Notes under the pieces: generated by a model
The model's database searches: none
The model's input: the letters and a program-made list of their open reading frames with translations, nothing else
What the model was told of the DNA's origin: nothing
Translations under genes and position numbers: made by a program
Shown: in pieces, positions 43,282-57,800 of the stretch
How positions within the stretch are numbered: the first letter of the stretch is position 1
How the letters are laid out: every line of letters begins with the position of its first letter
Origin: Cyanophora paradoxa CCMP329
Taxonomy: Eukaryota; Plantae; Glaucophyta
Assembly (NCBI GenBank): GCA_004431415.1
Contig: QPMI01000011.1
Location: 1 to 64,000 of the forward strand
DNA length: 64,000 nucleotides
Direction: 5' to 3'

Positions 43282-45071
43282 ATGGACAGCTCGCCGGACG
43301 TGTCCACGCGCTCCAGATCCGCGCGTGGGCTGGAGACTCCGATCGATATGCCCGGGGCGTGCGAGGGACCCGATGAGGCGCTCGAGCCATGCATCCCCGA
43401 TTCGACGCTGCGGAAGGCGCTGTACTGGGGCTTGGCCTCTATCCTGGCCGCAGGCTTCTGCGTCGGATGGTGCGCTCAAGACGAGCGAGCTCGCCCCCGC
43501 GCCGGCGCCCGGCCCTAGATCGCCATTCGAATTCCCGCGCTCCGTGGCGGCACGTCAGCGCGCTAGCTGCGCGTCTCATGTGCCGCCGCAGCTTCTTCCT
43601 CTACACGAAGACCGACGTGCTGGAGAAAGGCATCAACGCGACGAAGGGCACGGGGCCGTGGGCCGGCCTCGTGCTCTCCTGCATGGTCTTCGGCTTCAGC
43701 CTCCCCGTCCCCGGTGCGCCCGCCCGCGTGCATCCATCCCAGCGCGCCTTCCCGCGCTCGCTCGCTCGCTCACGCCGCGCGCAGGCCACCTGACGTTCGT
43801 GCTCGCGACGGGATTCATTCTGGGGACGTGGTACGGGTGCGCGGTGATGATCGCCGCCTCCTTCGCCGGCGCCGCCGCCTGCTTCTTCGGATGCCGCTTC
43901 CTGGTGCGCCCCAATCCTCCCACTCCGCGCCTCCGCCGGCCCGCCGTCTGACATCGTCGCCCCGCCCGCCGCGCCGGGCGCAGTTCAGGGACTGGACGCA
44001 GGAGAAGGCGAAGGGCATCAAGATGTTTGACGCGTTCAACTACCTCTGCGAGAGCAAGGGCCTCCGCATGGTCATGCTCGTCCGATTCATCCCCGCCCCG
44101 TGCGCCCCGCCGTACCCCTGCGCCCTTGCGCCCCCCCCCTCTCCCCCCCCGCCGGGCCTTGGGTTCGAATCCCGGCGCGCAGCTTCGGGATATGGAACGG
44201 AATCATGAGCGTCATGAACGTCAGCACGCGGTACGCCCCCGTCGCGCTTTTGGGGTACCACGTTCAGCCGCATGCCGAGGCGGGTACCGCAGCGACTACA
44301 TGATCGCCACGTTCGTGGACCTGCTCCTGTACACTCCCCACGTGCGCCACGACTTTCCCTCTCCCCCCCCCCTCCCCCTTTATCTACCCCTCCTCCTCCT
44401 CCCCCTCCCTTCCCCATCTACCCGCTCCACCCCCCCCCCCCTCCCCCCCCCTGAACACGGCCTGATCAACGAACCCCAGGTGTACATCGCGAGCGAGTGC
44501 CGGAGCGTTGTGGAGCTCCTTGCGGGGGAGCCCGTCGACGTCACCACCTCGCAGAAGGTACGGGATCGATTCCGGAGGGGTCCTGTTTCCGATGGCCGTC
44601 TAATCAGTGAGATCCCACCCCCTTAGATCGCCTCCGCGGTGGGTATCGCGATCAGCGCGATCGCGACGATCTCCGTTATGGTCTGGACGACAATCGAGAT
44701 CAGGAGGCGGGTTTTCCCGTACCCCCCGACAAGCCAGTCTCTTCTCCGCGGTCTGAGCTTGCCTGTCGGTCGCCAGGCACGGGCGGGAGGCGTCCTTGGC
44801 GCTGAAGGAGCGCAAGCGTGCAGAGGCGGCCGGGCGAACGCTCCTCGCCACAGGCGCCCTGCGCTCGTGCGCCCCTCCGATTCATTCATTCCTTCTGCTT
44901 CTTCGCGTACTCCCGCGAGCTTATTCCCCCTCCCCTCCCCGGCCCGCCCGCAGGGACGACGTGGAGGCGGCCGTACCCCCCGGGGCGCCGCCCGCGGCCT
45001 CGGCCCCCGCCTCTGCTCCCTCCAGCGGAGCGACGTCGCCCACGATTTCCATGAAGCATACGTATGCGTAG
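43282..45071 (+). CDS. TVP38/TMEM64 family (SNARE-associated, DedA/VTT domain) membrane protein, multi-exon
   Basis: FSLPVPG.LTFVLATGFILGTWYG...ASFAGAAACFFGCRFL, GLRMVMLVRFIPAP-FGIWNG, DYMIATFVDLL, VYIASE. Confidence 0.85.
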
Positions 45072-45571
45072 CAGGGGCCGGGACCGGGGACAGGTAGGGG
45101 TAGGATAGCTACAGTCGAGCTCGCCGGGCCGCACAGTTAGCTCCCTTTCTTTATTTTGTCCCTCGTGCACAGTTTCATGGTAGCCAGCGAACGATTAGTG
45201 AGATGCAGATGCGTTTTAATGTGGTATCTATTTGCAGTCTGTTAATTACAGTTCGAACAGTCGATCGATATCAAATGTGCATGCAAAGAAACTGAAACGG
45301 CTGAACTATGTACGTTACACGTGCACATTGTCGCGAGCTCGAGTGGCGAGCGCGCTGGCGTTGCCAATTGCAAGTTGCAATTGCAACTGGCTCCTTGCGG
45401 ATGCGCCGGCGGTCTAGATCTAGATCTGTGTACTGGCCTGCAGCTGAACGCTCCCGAATCCGCGGGCCGGGCTTCAAAAAAAGAAAGGGGATATCGACGT
45501 AGTCCGGAAAGAAAAGCAAGCTGATAAAAAAGGCGGGAGAATGCAATAAGACGCTGAAAATGAATGCGGCG

Positions 45572-48500
45572 CTAAGTCGGCTTCAGCTGTGCCAGACCGC
45601 CGGCGGAGCTAGAGGCGCCGGCGGCCGGGGCGAGGGAGGCGGGGGCGGCGGATGGGGCGGCGGGGGAGACTCGGAGCAGGGCGGCGGGGGGTATAGTAGA
45701 GGCGTCCCGCGTCACGCGGAGGTTGCGGGCCGACCCGCTGCGGACCATCCCGCGGCCCTCCGAAGCGGCGGCAGCCACGGCGGCCACAACTGAGGGCGGG
45801 AGCGGAGGGACCGGCGCCGCGGCCGGCGCGGGCGCGGGCGCCAGCAGAGGCGACCGCTCGCTCGGCCCCTCGGACCCCCGGCTCCCCGTGCGCTCACGCG
45901 GCTTGTGGGGCGCGGCGGTGCCGTACCCCCCGTGCCCCCCCTGCGCGGCCAGAGCCGCCAGGTTGGACGACGAGCCGTACCCGGCCAGGCCCTGGCCCCC
46001 CAGGCCGGCTAGGTTGGCCGAGGAGGGCGCGCCCCCCGCCAGCTTCAGGGGCCGCCCGAGCTGCGCCGGAGTCAGCGGGGGGTACATTGAAGAGGGGGGT
46101 ACCCAAATCGCGGACCAGGAGTCCCCCGCCGGGCTTCCGGAGGATGGGTACGCGCTTGTGGATGTCGATGAACTGCGAGGAAAAGAAGGAAAGGGTGAGG
46201 CGCGCGGCGCGGAGGGTACAAGACTTTTCCGGCTCTCTCTTTTCTTTCAGAGGGGTACGCGCCTGATCGGTCTCGTCGACGATTTCCTCCTGGATCAGCT
46301 CCTCGATGACGTCCTGGGGTACAAGCAAGTTGGGGGGGAGGGAGGCAGGGAGGAGGGGGGCGAGGGGGAAGGGGCGGACCTCTAGGGTACAGATTCCGAT
46401 GTTCTTCCACTTGGTGGGGAGGAGGGGCTGTCCGAGGGCGTCGGTCGGGGGTACAGGGGGAGGCGGAGTACGTGACTCACCGGCACGACGGGACCGTCTG
46501 GCTGGCGCACGATGGCCAGATGGGTACGGCCCGACTGCGCGAAGAGATTCAGTGAGCCCGGGAGGGGGTTACGAATTTCTCACCTGGAAAACGTTGAGCA
46601 TGGCGTCCAGCTTTGCCTCCGGGGGTACGTACGCCGGCGCTGCGCCGAAAGGCGTGAAATCTACGCTTGAGGCGGCGGGGCGAGAGAGGAGCGGGACGCA
46701 CGGCGGCAGAATTGATCCGTGAGGAGATCCCTGACCCGCAGCTTCTCCGAGGGGTTTACTAGGATCAAATTCTGCGGAACGGGAGAGCACCGGGATCAAA
46801 ACAGACGCCGAGGAACGTTCCTCCAGAGAATCGGCGGGGGAACGATCACCTTTACGAGCATGATCGCGACGATGTTGTCCGCGTTGCCCTCGTAGCTGAA
46901 GGGGAAGGCGCCGAATCGGTAGGCGCACGGGGGTCGAGAGTAAGGCGGAGGGGGTACGCGAACACGGGGATGCGCGAGTGTCCCCGCTCCCAGCACGTGC
47001 GAAGGAACTCGAAGTCGACTGTACCCCACCCCGGTCAGAACGGGTCGGAGGGGTACGCGGGCGGGGCCGTTAGTCACCGATCGTGTCGGCGGACACGAGG
47101 TACACATCCTCAATGGGGGTCATGACCTCAGCGACCGCCCTGGGATGGGGGTATGAATTAAAGATCGCGCGGCGGCGGGGGGGTACAGGAGATCGCGTAC
47201 TTGTGCGAGAAGTCTGCGGCGGGAGGAAGGGAAGCCGCGGTCGGAGCTTGCGAGGATGGGTAGGGATTGGGCGTAGGGGTACGCGTACCGAGGGCGCCCT
47301 TGAGGATCGTCGTCTCGTCCTCGCTGAGTACCCCGTACTTGTTGCGAGAGTGGACCTGAGAGGGATACGCGTCAAGAATGGGGTGGACGGGCCGGGCGGG
47401 GATGCGGGTTCGTACCTCGATGAGGCCCTTTAGCTCGTCCTTCGAGTAGACCGTCCCGAGCTCCTAGGAGGGGGCGTGAACGGGGGTACGCAGGCGTCCG
47501 CCGGGGGAGGCGGGGGTACAGGGGCACCTGGCCAAGGATCTTGTCCAGGGTCCAGGCGATCGGGAAGGCGAGGGGGAAGAAGATAAGACGGAGGAACTTC
47601 ACAAACCACGCTGCCGGGATCGGTGAGTAACTCGCGGGAATCGATTATCGAGATTAAGCGTACCCAGGTGCGCCCCGACGGCAAGGCCGTGGCGGGAGCA
47701 GATGCTCTGGGGAATGATCTCGCCTGCGCGCGCGGGGTACAGGTTAGAGCGTGGCGGGGTACGGCAATTCGGGAAGGTGCACGCGCGGACCGAAGAACAT
47801 GATCGACACGGTGGAGGCGACAAAGGCGATGGCTCCGTTCCCCCCCGGGATCGATTCCAGCTGAGCGCGGGCACGCGTCAAGCGGGGAAAGAGGGGCCGA
47901 GGCGCGGCGCGGCGAGGGGGGTACGAGACTACGCGTTCGCACCAGGAGCGGCAGCACTTCGTTCAGCGCCGTGTTCGCTAAGAGCAGCGTCACGAGGAGC
48001 AGGTTACCCTGCATTTGTATTGATTCGAATTCGAATTTGAATTCGAGTCCGGGGCGGGCCCGGGGCGGCGCGCGCCTTCTCGCGTATGGGCAGGATCCTC
48101 TGCGCGTGCGGCGCCTCTGCGCTCGACGTGCTCGCGATGATCTCCAGATCGATCTTGTCCAGGCTGCGGCGGCCGCGGCGGTCAGGCGCGCCTCATTGCG
48201 GATCTTGGGCTCCGGAGCGGCCCAGGAGCTGCAGCGGTCAAGGGAACCAGTCCTCAAGGATCGGCCGCTGCTGAACGCAGGCCGCATGCGGCGCATTCCT
48301 CTACAAGCTAACACGGCGGCGGCGTTTCGCGCACCTCATAAGGCCTGCGCAGGACAGCGTATCGACGGCGGTCGCGTCAGCTCTAGCTAAGGCGGGCGGC
48401 GGAGGCGCGGCCGCACAATCACGCACCCAACGTGAGGCCGGCGATCATGCCTGAGACGAGGACGACGCAAATGGACACTGCGCGCCATGCAGATCAGCGG

Positions 48501-48648
48501 CGCTCCATGCGACGGCCGCGCGGCGGCGGAGCGCCGCGCTGCGTGGTACGCGCGCACCGACGATGAGGACGGGTGTCTGGTACTCGCCGAGCCACGCGAA
48601 GCCGTGCCCGGCCGCTCCGGGCGAGGGGTCTATCGCGAAGGATTCCAT
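45572..48648 (-). CDS. CNNM/DUF21-CBS domain metal transporter (MAM3-like), multi-exon
   Basis: GNLLLVTLLLANTALNEVLPL, EIIPQSICSRHGLAVGA, FPIAWTLDKILG, VAEVMTPIEDVY, LDAMLNVFQ, DVIEELIQEEIVDETD. Confidence 0.92.
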
Positions 48649-48812
48649 CGAAGCGTCTACAAGTGCGCGCGGGCTGAGAGGTTCTTCTGCACGCCGCAGA
48701 GCACGCTGGAGGCCCGAGAAGCGTCGCGTTCTCGTGAAAGAAAATTGACCCCTCGAGGAGTGGAACCCGGTCTAGTGTCGCCCGCCGGAAAGCGAGGCGA
48801 GGAGGGTCGCCA

Positions 48813-51800
48813 TGAAAGGCTTCAAAGGTGCGTCCCTGATGAGCTGACGTGGCACGATGCAGCGGCGACTTTGTCCGATGAGCATGCGCCAAGTCCGACT
48901 GTCGGACGCACGCAGACAAGCTGGCCAAATTGAAAGAGGACTTGGCCCACAAGGACAAGCCGACAGCATTGCCTTCGCGCGAACGTGTGCGTGTCTCGCG
49001 CCTCGCCGCGCTTCCCGGCTCCTGCGCTCATACGCATTCGTCCGCCAAGCAGCAGACCCATGAGGACGCGAGTCCGGTGCGCCATTCCATGGTTGTGCTG
49101 GCAGGAACTCGCCGCTCGTTTCCGCTGCCGGTTCCCGACAGCCCGCCGCTCAGGGTCGGTTGCATGCGGGTGCCGAGCTGGACCTCACGGAGCGGGAGCT
49201 GCGCGAGCAGCGCGAGAAGTCTCTACTGCAAGCTGTAGAGCTCCTGCAGCAACAAGTCCGCGCTCCGGGCCGCCGAATCAAATCCGCTCGTTGAACCGCC
49301 GCGCTCCGCTTCGCTTGCAGGTGAAGGAGAAGGACATGCTTCTCGCGAACATCAAAACGAGCGCAAAGTCGCGCATCGGGGAGCTCCAAGACTCGATGCA
49401 GCAGGGTCGCCGCCTCGAAGACGTTCTGGTGCTCTCCTCGCGCCGCGGGCCGTTGTGCAGTTCGAATGCCGACGCGCCCGGGGCAGGTCGACGCGGAGAC
49501 GAAGGTGTCGAGTATGCTCGAGGAGATCGGGGGCATCCTCCACACGCGCTCGTCCGAACCGGCGAGCCTCGACGACAAGCTGTCGGCGCTGGCGGCGCGC
49601 GTCTCGCAGCTGCAGCACGCGTCGGATGCCGGCAGCGACGTGGGCTTGCACGACGACGCGTCGGTGCGCAGCCGCATCGACCACCTGACGCACCAGAACC
49701 GCGTGCTCGCTGACAAGGCGAGCGGGACTCGCCTGCGCGCGGGCGGCGCCCCGCTCCGCTGACGCCCGCCCTCGCAGGCGCTCGCGCTGCAGAAAGAGAA
49801 CGACGGGCTGCACGCGGCGCTTGCGAAGGCGGCGGGCGCGGCGGAGGCGGCGGCTGCGTCGAACCCCGCAGCGGTCGCCGAGCGGGTCGCCGCGATGGAG
49901 AGCGAGCTGTCCAAGTGCAAGCGGCGGCTGGAGGAGGCCGAGCAGGCGAGCGGCCGCGCCGTGCGCTCCGCCCCGCCGCCGGACTGACGCGGCCGCGGCA
50001 GGGCAAGCGGGACGCTCAGCTAATGATCGCCCAGTTCTCCACGGACCTCGCCGAACGGTGCGGCCCTGCTGCGCTAGGCTCTCGCCGCGGGCCTGAACCC
50101 GCCGCGGTGCACAGGGACAAGACAATTGCAAAGCTGAAGCAGACGGTACAGTACCCGTCCCGATGGAGCCCCGCGCGGCTTAGCCGGCTAGCAGATGAAC
50201 GCCATGGCATCTGGCGCGGGCAACGAGCACTCGGCGGAGCTGGCGCAGCTGCGGGAGGGCCTGAAGGAGGCGAAGCGAGCGGCGGGCGACGCCGCGGCCG
50301 AGGTCCGTGTACCCCCCCCCCCTCGCCTCCCCCTCGCGGGGCCGACCGCCGCGCCAGGCCGCGAGCCTCCGGTCTCGCGTAGCGGAGGCCGAGCGTGAGG
50401 CGGCGGAGAAGGTCCACCTCCTCCAGGAGAAGGTGGGCCGATCCCACCCCCGCCCCGCGCCCTGCGAGCCGCGTCCGACGCGGCGCGATGCGCGCACGCG
50501 CAGCTGAAGGCCGCGGAGGCCGCGGCGGCGGCCGCCGGATCGCGGGCGGCGCCGGCGACAGCGGCGGCGAGCGATACGGAGGCGGCGGAGCTGCGCGCGC
50601 GGGTGGCTGAGCTGGAGCAGGCCGTCGCTGAGGTAAACAAGGCGGCAGACGCGCGGGCGCGCGAGCTCGCGGAGAAGCTCCGCGCGGCGGAGGCGGCACG
50701 GGAGGCGGCGGAGGCGGAGGCGCGCCGCGCGGCCGCCGAGGCCGCCGAGGCGCAGGGGGCTGTCGTCGCCGCAGCGGCGGCCGCCGCCGCGCGGCCTCCG
50801 GTCGACGAGGCTCACCTGAAGCGGGAGGAGGAGCTCATCGGACAGCTGGCGGAGGCCCGGCGCGAGGCCGAGGCTGCTAAGACCGTGCGCGGCCTGTTTC
50901 CCGGGGTACAGCCTCTTCCTCACGCCCCGCAGGAGTCCGGGACGCTTCGGGCGCAGGCGGAGGAGGCGATCGCGAAGCTAAAGGTTCGCTCTGGGGTACG
51001 GGTACGGCGCCGTTCGTTCGGCCGACGGGGGCACGCAGGCCCAGGCGAAGGAGGCGCTTACCAAGGCCCGCGGGGAGGCGGCGGCGGCGAAGGAAGAGGC
51101 GGAGGCGCTGCGGGGCGGGTGGAGGAGCGGGCGGCGCGGCTCGCGGCGCTCGGCGTGGAGCTCGGCGCCGCCGAGGGCCGCGCCCACGACGCCGACGAGC
51201 GCGCCGCCCGCGCCGAGGAGGCCCTCGCACGGGCCGAGGAGGCGGCGGCGGCGCTGCGGGCCGAGGCGGAGGCCGGGCGGGCGGCGGCGGCGCAGCTGGA
51301 GCAGCTGAAGACAGCGGCCAAGGCGAAGATCGTGGAGCTGACGGGCCAGGTGCAGGCGCTGCAGCAGTCGCTGGCCGACGCGGAGGGGCGGGCGGCGGCG
51401 GCGGCGGCCGGCGGCGACACGGCGGCGGCGGCGGCGGCGGCGGCGGAGGCGCAGCAGCTGCGGGAGCGGGCGGCGGGGCTGGAGGCGGCGGCGGCGGCGG
51501 GGGCGGCGGAGTGCGAGCGGCTGCGGGCGGAGGTGGCGGGCCTGGAGGGGCGGCTGCGGGAGGCGGCGGAGGCGGGGGAGGTGCGGAGCCGCGGGGCCGA
51601 CGAGGCGATCGCTGCGGTGGCGGAGGCGCGCGCCGAGTGCGACGCGCTGCGGGAGCGGGTGCGTTGCTTCTTTTCTGCCGGCGCCCGCCCCTCCGCTTCG
51701 CTCCGCTCAGCCGCTGCGCAGGCGGCCGCATTGGAAGCCTCTCTGGAGGAGTCGAGCGGCCTGAACCGCGCAGGAGTGGAAAAGGCGCGGGCCTGCGCTT

Positions 51801-54800
51801 GCTTTCGTCGGCGCGGGCCGCGTGCTCAGCGGGTGGGGCGCCGCAGGCCGCGCAGCTCGAGGCGGCACTCGCGTCCCTACAAGAGCAGCAGCGCGCTGCC
51901 GTGGAGCGGGTTCGTGAGAGGCGCCGGCCGCCCCTTCCCGTCCGAATCTCGGTCCGATCGCCGGCCCGCAGGCCGCGGCGCTGGAGGCGGACCTGGCCGC
52001 GGCACGGGAGGAGGCCGTGCGCCTTCAGTCCTCGGCGGCCTCTTCTGAGGCCGAGCGGGGCGCACTAGCCGCACAGGCGGGCCCCCCCCCCCCCCCCCGC
52101 GCCCCCCCCCCCCCGCCCCCCCCCCCCCCCCCCCGCCCTCTCGCCGCCTCTCCCGCCGCCTCTGACGGGCGTGCGCGCGCGCGTGCAGCTCGAAGCCGCG
52201 GCGGAGAGGGAACAGGCCGCCGAGCGGCGCGCCGCGGAGCTCGAGGCCCAAAGCGAACGCCTGGCCCGAGAGGTGCGCCGATCCGATCCGGCCGATCCGA
52301 GCCGAGCCGAGCACGCGCCGACGATTTTTGCAGGCCGCGGCGCTCGCGTCCAAGGTGCGAGAGCTAGAGTCGGCAGCCTCGGAGCAGGGCGGCGCGGCGG
52401 CGGAGGCGGCGGCGCTGGCCAGCGAACGGGCCCGCGTGCTCGCCGAGAAGGAGGAGGCCCTGGCGGAGGCGCAGGCCGAGGCGCGCCGGGAGCGCGCGGC
52501 GCGGGAGGAGGTGCGCCGCCCGCCTTGCCTCGCCGTGCCGCTAGGCCGGCCCTAACTTCTCGCTCGTCGTCCGCAGGCGGAGGCGCGGGCCGCGGCCGAG
52601 CGCGAGGTGAAGGAGGAAGCCGAGGCACGCGCGGCGGCGGCGGAGCGCCAGAGCGAAGAAGCGTCCGAGCGCCTCGCGGCGGCCGAGCGCGAGGCGAGCC
52701 GCGCCCTCGCGCCGCCCTCGATTCCGCTCCGCCGATGCGCCGCTCAGGTGGCGTCGCTGCGCGAGGCGGAGGCGGAGGCGCGGAGGCTCGCGGAGGAGGC
52801 CCGGGCCGCGGTGCGGCGTACCCCCCTCTCCTCTCCGCGCGTACCCCTCAATCGTGGCGGCAGGCCGCGTCGCGCGAGGCGGAGGGCGGGCAGGAGACCG
52901 AAGCGCTCCGGAAACAGGCGCGCCCTCCGCCCTTGATCGGGCGCGAGCCGCGCAGCGGGCGCTGAGGCGGCCGACAGGTCCAGGAGCTTAGCGCCAAGGT
53001 GCAGCTGGCGAAGGAGAAGCTGCAGAACGCGAAGCAGCTGGTGGAGCAGAGCAAGGCGGAGGCAGCGGCGGCGCGGGAGGAGGCGGAGGCGCTGCGGGGG
53101 CGGGTGGAGGAGCGGGCGGCGCGGCTCGCGGCGCTGGGCGTGGAGCTCGGCGCCGCCGAGGGCCGCGCCCACGACGCCGACGAACGCGCCGCCCGCGCCG
53201 AGGAGGCCCTCGCACGGGCCGAGGAGGCGGCGGCGGCGCTGCGGGCCGAGGCGGAGGCCGGGCGGGCGGCGGCGGCGCAGCTGGAGCAGCTCAAGACGGC
53301 GGCCAAGGCGAAGATCGTTGAGCTTACGGGCCAGGTGCAGGCGCTACAGCAGTCGCTCGCCGACGCGGAGGGGCGGGCGGCGGCGGCGGCGGCCGGCGGC
53401 GACACGGCGGCGGAGGCGGCGGCGGCGGAGGCGCAGCAGCTGCGGGAGCGGGCGGCGGGGCTGGAGGCAGCTGCGGCGGCGGGTGCGGCGGAGTGCGAGC
53501 GGCTGCGGGCGGAGGTGGCGGGGCTGGAGGGGCGGCTGCGGGAGGCAGCGGAGGCGGGGGAGGTGCGGAGCCGCGGGGCCGACGAGGCGATCGCTGCGGT
53601 GGCGGAGGCGCGCGCCGAGTGCGACGCGCTGCAAGAACGGGTGCGGGCCATCCTCTTCTGTGGTCGCCGCTCGCTCACGCCGCGCAGGCCGAGGCGGCCG
53701 AGGCGCAGCTGCGGCAAGCAGCGGAGCGGGTGCGGGCGCTGGAGCAGGCCGTCGAGGCGGAGCGGGGCCGGGCCAGCGAGGCGGGCGAGGCTGCCGTGCT
53801 GCTGGAGCAGGCCCGGGCGGAATGCGAGGCGCTGCGCGAGCGGGTGAGCCCTCCGACGACGATGCCCGCCGCTCTCTCTGTGCTGACGCTGCGGCCGCTG
53901 CAGGTGGCGGTGCTGGAGGAGGCGCATGCAGAGGCGGCACGGGCGCTGGCGGCCCGAGAGGCGGCAGAGCAGCACGTGCGCGCCCAGTCCGTCCTCAATG
54001 GGTTTCCCCCGGTCCTGACCCGCCTTCCTCTTCGATTAGGGCGTGCGGGAGGCGCGGGCGGAAGCCGACCGGTGGCGGGCCGAGGCGCGCGCACGCGCCG
54101 CCCCCCATCCTCGCCCCACCCGGCCCCGCTTAGGCGGCCCCGGCAGGCGGAGCGGCAGGAGCGGCGGGCGGAGGCGGCGGAGGCGGCGGCGGGCGCGGGG
54201 GGCGAGGCGGCGTCTCGGGGGGCGCTGGAGCTGGAGCGGGCGCGGGCCGAGTGCGAGTCCCTCCGGCAGCGCGCCGAGGCCGCCGAGGAGGAGGTGCCCG
54301 CGCATGCGCCGCCCCGCCCCCAACGACCGAAGAGCGAACGACGCACACATAGAAAGTAGAAACCGCAACTCATAGACCTGAACCTACATCGAAACTAGAA
54401 CCGCAACTCATAGACTTGAACCCCGGATAACTTGATTACGAACCGGATCCACGCCAACTATACTACACACTAACTGGGAGCGAACGATACATAAATAGAA
54501 ACCAGAAATCATGAACCGGATCCTATGAAGCAAAACAACTGCCTAGAGTTTTTTGTTGTTAGGCCTTCTCAGCTAACTGGGGCGGGGCCAGGCGCGGGGG
54601 CAGCACCGGGAGCTGATGGAGGCGCGCGCCAACTTTGGGGAGGCGGAGGAGGAGGCCGAGCGCCGCGGCGCCGCCGCCGCCGCCGAGGACCTACAGCGCG
54701 TGCGCCGAAAACTTTCGATCCCGATGCAGAGGCTCTCCTAGCCCTTAGTTCTCCCTCTGACCCGCGGGCCGACACAAGCTATCCGTAATCTAAGCCAGCC

Positions 54801-57800
54801 TTAAAACGCCCATGCCCCCCCCTTCCCCCCCCCCCCACCCCTGATCCCGGGGGTACGCAGGCGGTGGGGGAGCTCTCGGCGCTGCGCGAGGAGGCGGCCG
54901 GCCTCCGCTTCGACCTCCAGGGCCAGGCCCGCCCCGCCCCGCCCCGCCCCGCCCCGCCGACCGCCAGGCTCGGGGCCAGATAAACATAACCGAACATATC
55001 CGACTGATACCTAGACCGCCCCACCCCGCCCCGCCCCGCCCCTCCCCGCCCCGCCTCCTCCCCGCCCCGCCCCGCCCCGCCCCGCCCCACCGTGCTGGCT
55101 GACGGGCGGGGCGGGCAGCGGCACCGGGCGGAGCAGCTGGAGGCGGCCCTGGCGGGGCGCGAGCGCGAGGCCGAGGAGGTCCACCGCGCCCGCGAGGTCT
55201 GCCCGCCCGGGGCTCGGGCTTCAGAGGGGCGAAAGGAGGGCGCTGGGGGGCGGGCGCTGGGGGGGGGCTCAAGGCTTGTATTTATATTCCGGTATAGGCC
55301 GGGATAGGAGGCCTTTCCTATCCCGCGCATCTTAAGGAGGCGCATCATGCGCGGGATAAGGCTTAAGGGGGGCTCAAGGCGGGATTTGGACCCAGCAAAG
55401 ATAGTATCGCTAGCTCTTCTCTGACGGGGCGGGGGGCGGCAGGCGGAGGCGGAGGCGATCCGGCGCCTCTCCGCCGAGCTCGAGGCCCGCCGCCGCCAGG
55501 TCCCACCCCCCACCCACCCCACCCCCGCCCCCGCCCCCGCCCCTGGCAACGAGACCGATTTCCGAGCCGGCGCCGGCGCTTCTCACTCTGGATCGGGGCA
55601 GGTCGAGGAGGAGGCGGCGCGGGCGGGGCGCCTGGAGCGCGAGCTCGAGGCCGCCCGCTCCGAGGCCGTGCGCCTAAAAATAACTCGACCTCCCGTCTAA
55701 AAATAACTCGACGCCCTCCCTCTCTCGCCCGGGCAGGGCGCGCGGGCGCGGGAGGCTGCGTCCCCCTCGGGCCTGGAGTCCCAGGTCTCCGCTCTCAACG
55801 CCGAGGTGCGCCCAGGGCTGCAGTTGTAGAGCCTGTCGACTAACTGAATCTAGCTTAAACTTCGGGCCTTCTCTTCTAACTAAGGACCTTTAAACCGAAG
55901 AGATCCTATAGAAGCTGTCGACTAACCGAAGAGATCCTTCACCTCGCTTATGATTTATCTAGCTTAAACTTAGGACCTGTTCTTCTTCTCACTAAGGACC
56001 CTGTGAACGTTTTGTGTGTCAGGTGCGGAGGCTCTTGGAGGCTCTGGAGCGCGCGGAGGCCGAGGCGGAGTCCGCCCGGCGGGAGCGGGCGCGCCCCTTT
56101 AAATTTCTCCCGCTTCACATTTCAACATTAAATTTGATCTGATGGCGCGGGGCCCGCAGGAGGTGGCGGCGGCGGAGGCGGCGCGGGAGTTCGGGCCGCT
56201 TCGGGAGCGGGTGCGCAGGGCGGCCATTCTCCTTTTCATTTGAAGGCTTTAGGCTTCGCCGCCCGCGCCGGCGCTCGCGGCAGTCCTAGCTCCTCGATCT
56301 GAGCCGCCGCCCCTCACATAAGCCGCGGCCAAACGGGCCTCTGACGTCGTCCGACCGGCCACCGCCGCCTCTAAGCGGGCCGCCGCCTGGATCCTCGATC
56401 TGCCAAGCGGGCCGCCGCCTAGATCCTCGATCCTCGATCTAAGCCGCTCAGCGCCTCTGACCTCTGACCGCCCGGTACCCCGGGGCGCAGGCGGAGCGTG
56501 CGACGGCGCTGGCGCAGCAGCTCCAGCTCCTCAAGACCGCCGTGCGCTCGGAGCTCTTTCCCGGGGCCGGCTGGGGCGGGCCGGGGCGGGGCGGGCCCAG
56601 GAGGAAGCGCGGAGCGGCGCCGAGAGCCTAGAAGAAGGCACCGAAAACCTACTGTAGCTGGCAGCCTAGAAGAAGATGCGCAGGAAAAGAAGGCTGACGC
56701 GGGAGGGGCCCCGGCGCGCAGGCGGCCGACCACGAGCACACCATCGCCCGCCTCCAGCAGGTGAGGCCGCCGCCGGCTTTGGGCGCCCCGTGGGGGGCGA
56801 GCCGCACGTGCGGGCGGAGCCTCCCCGTCCTTTCGCCCTTTCGCCCGGGGGAGCGAGGGCGCCGCCGGCTCCCTCCTTTCCTCCCCTCAAGCCCCGCTCT
56901 GGGCGCCCTTAATTCCCCCGCGCAGACGCAGGCGTCCCTCTCCCACCGCGAGCGCGAGAACGCCGAGCTCCAGGTCCGCCGTCTATTTATATCCCCATCA
57001 GGAGCACGCGATATTTTCGATGAAGCCATAACATCTTCTTCTGTTAGGAGCCTATCTAGGATATATTGTGAGAGATCTAGGCCCCACCTTCTATAACATC
57101 TTCTGTAGTGTGAGAGATCTAGGCCCCACCTCCCCATCAGGAACACGCGATAGCGACCAAGCTCTAGCCTCCTCTTCTGCTCGGGGCCGGCCATATATAA
57201 GCTCTTCTTCTGTTAGGAGCCTATAGTTTGTAATCAGAGGGAGAAGCTAGCTAAAGATTTAGCTTGAAGGGTCGGGTCTCGCGGGCGCCGTTGGGCTCCG
57301 GGTCCCTCCTGAGCCCGCCCCCTCCCTCGGCGCAGGAGCGGGCGGGGCAGCTGCAGAGGGCGGCGGAGGAGGCGCAGGCGCAGGCCGCCAGGCTCCAGGT
57401 CCGCCCGGCCCGGCCCCGCCCCCGCGCCCTCCTCCCGCCCCTCCTCTCCCGCCGGCCGAGCCCCTCCCGCACTCCCGCACACCTCCCCCGCCCTCCGCCC
57501 TCCGCACACCTCCCCCGCCCCCTCTACCCTCCCCTCGCCCCGGTTTTCTTCTCCCCGCTAACTTCTCCGGCCGGGCGCTCCCGCCCCTCCTCCTCCTCCT
57601 CCTCCCCCCCCGCCGCGAGCCGAGCCCCCCCCGCCCTCCCGCTGCGCAGGAGCGCTTCGCCGCATGGGCGGCCATCGGCGACCCGTCGCAGCTCCAGGCG
57701 AGCCCGCCCCCCGCCCCGCCCCGCCCCGCCCCGCCCTAGACAGAGGAAGATAGCTCTAGATGACATGATTACTAGACCGCCAGGGGCCCAGCGCGCCCCG

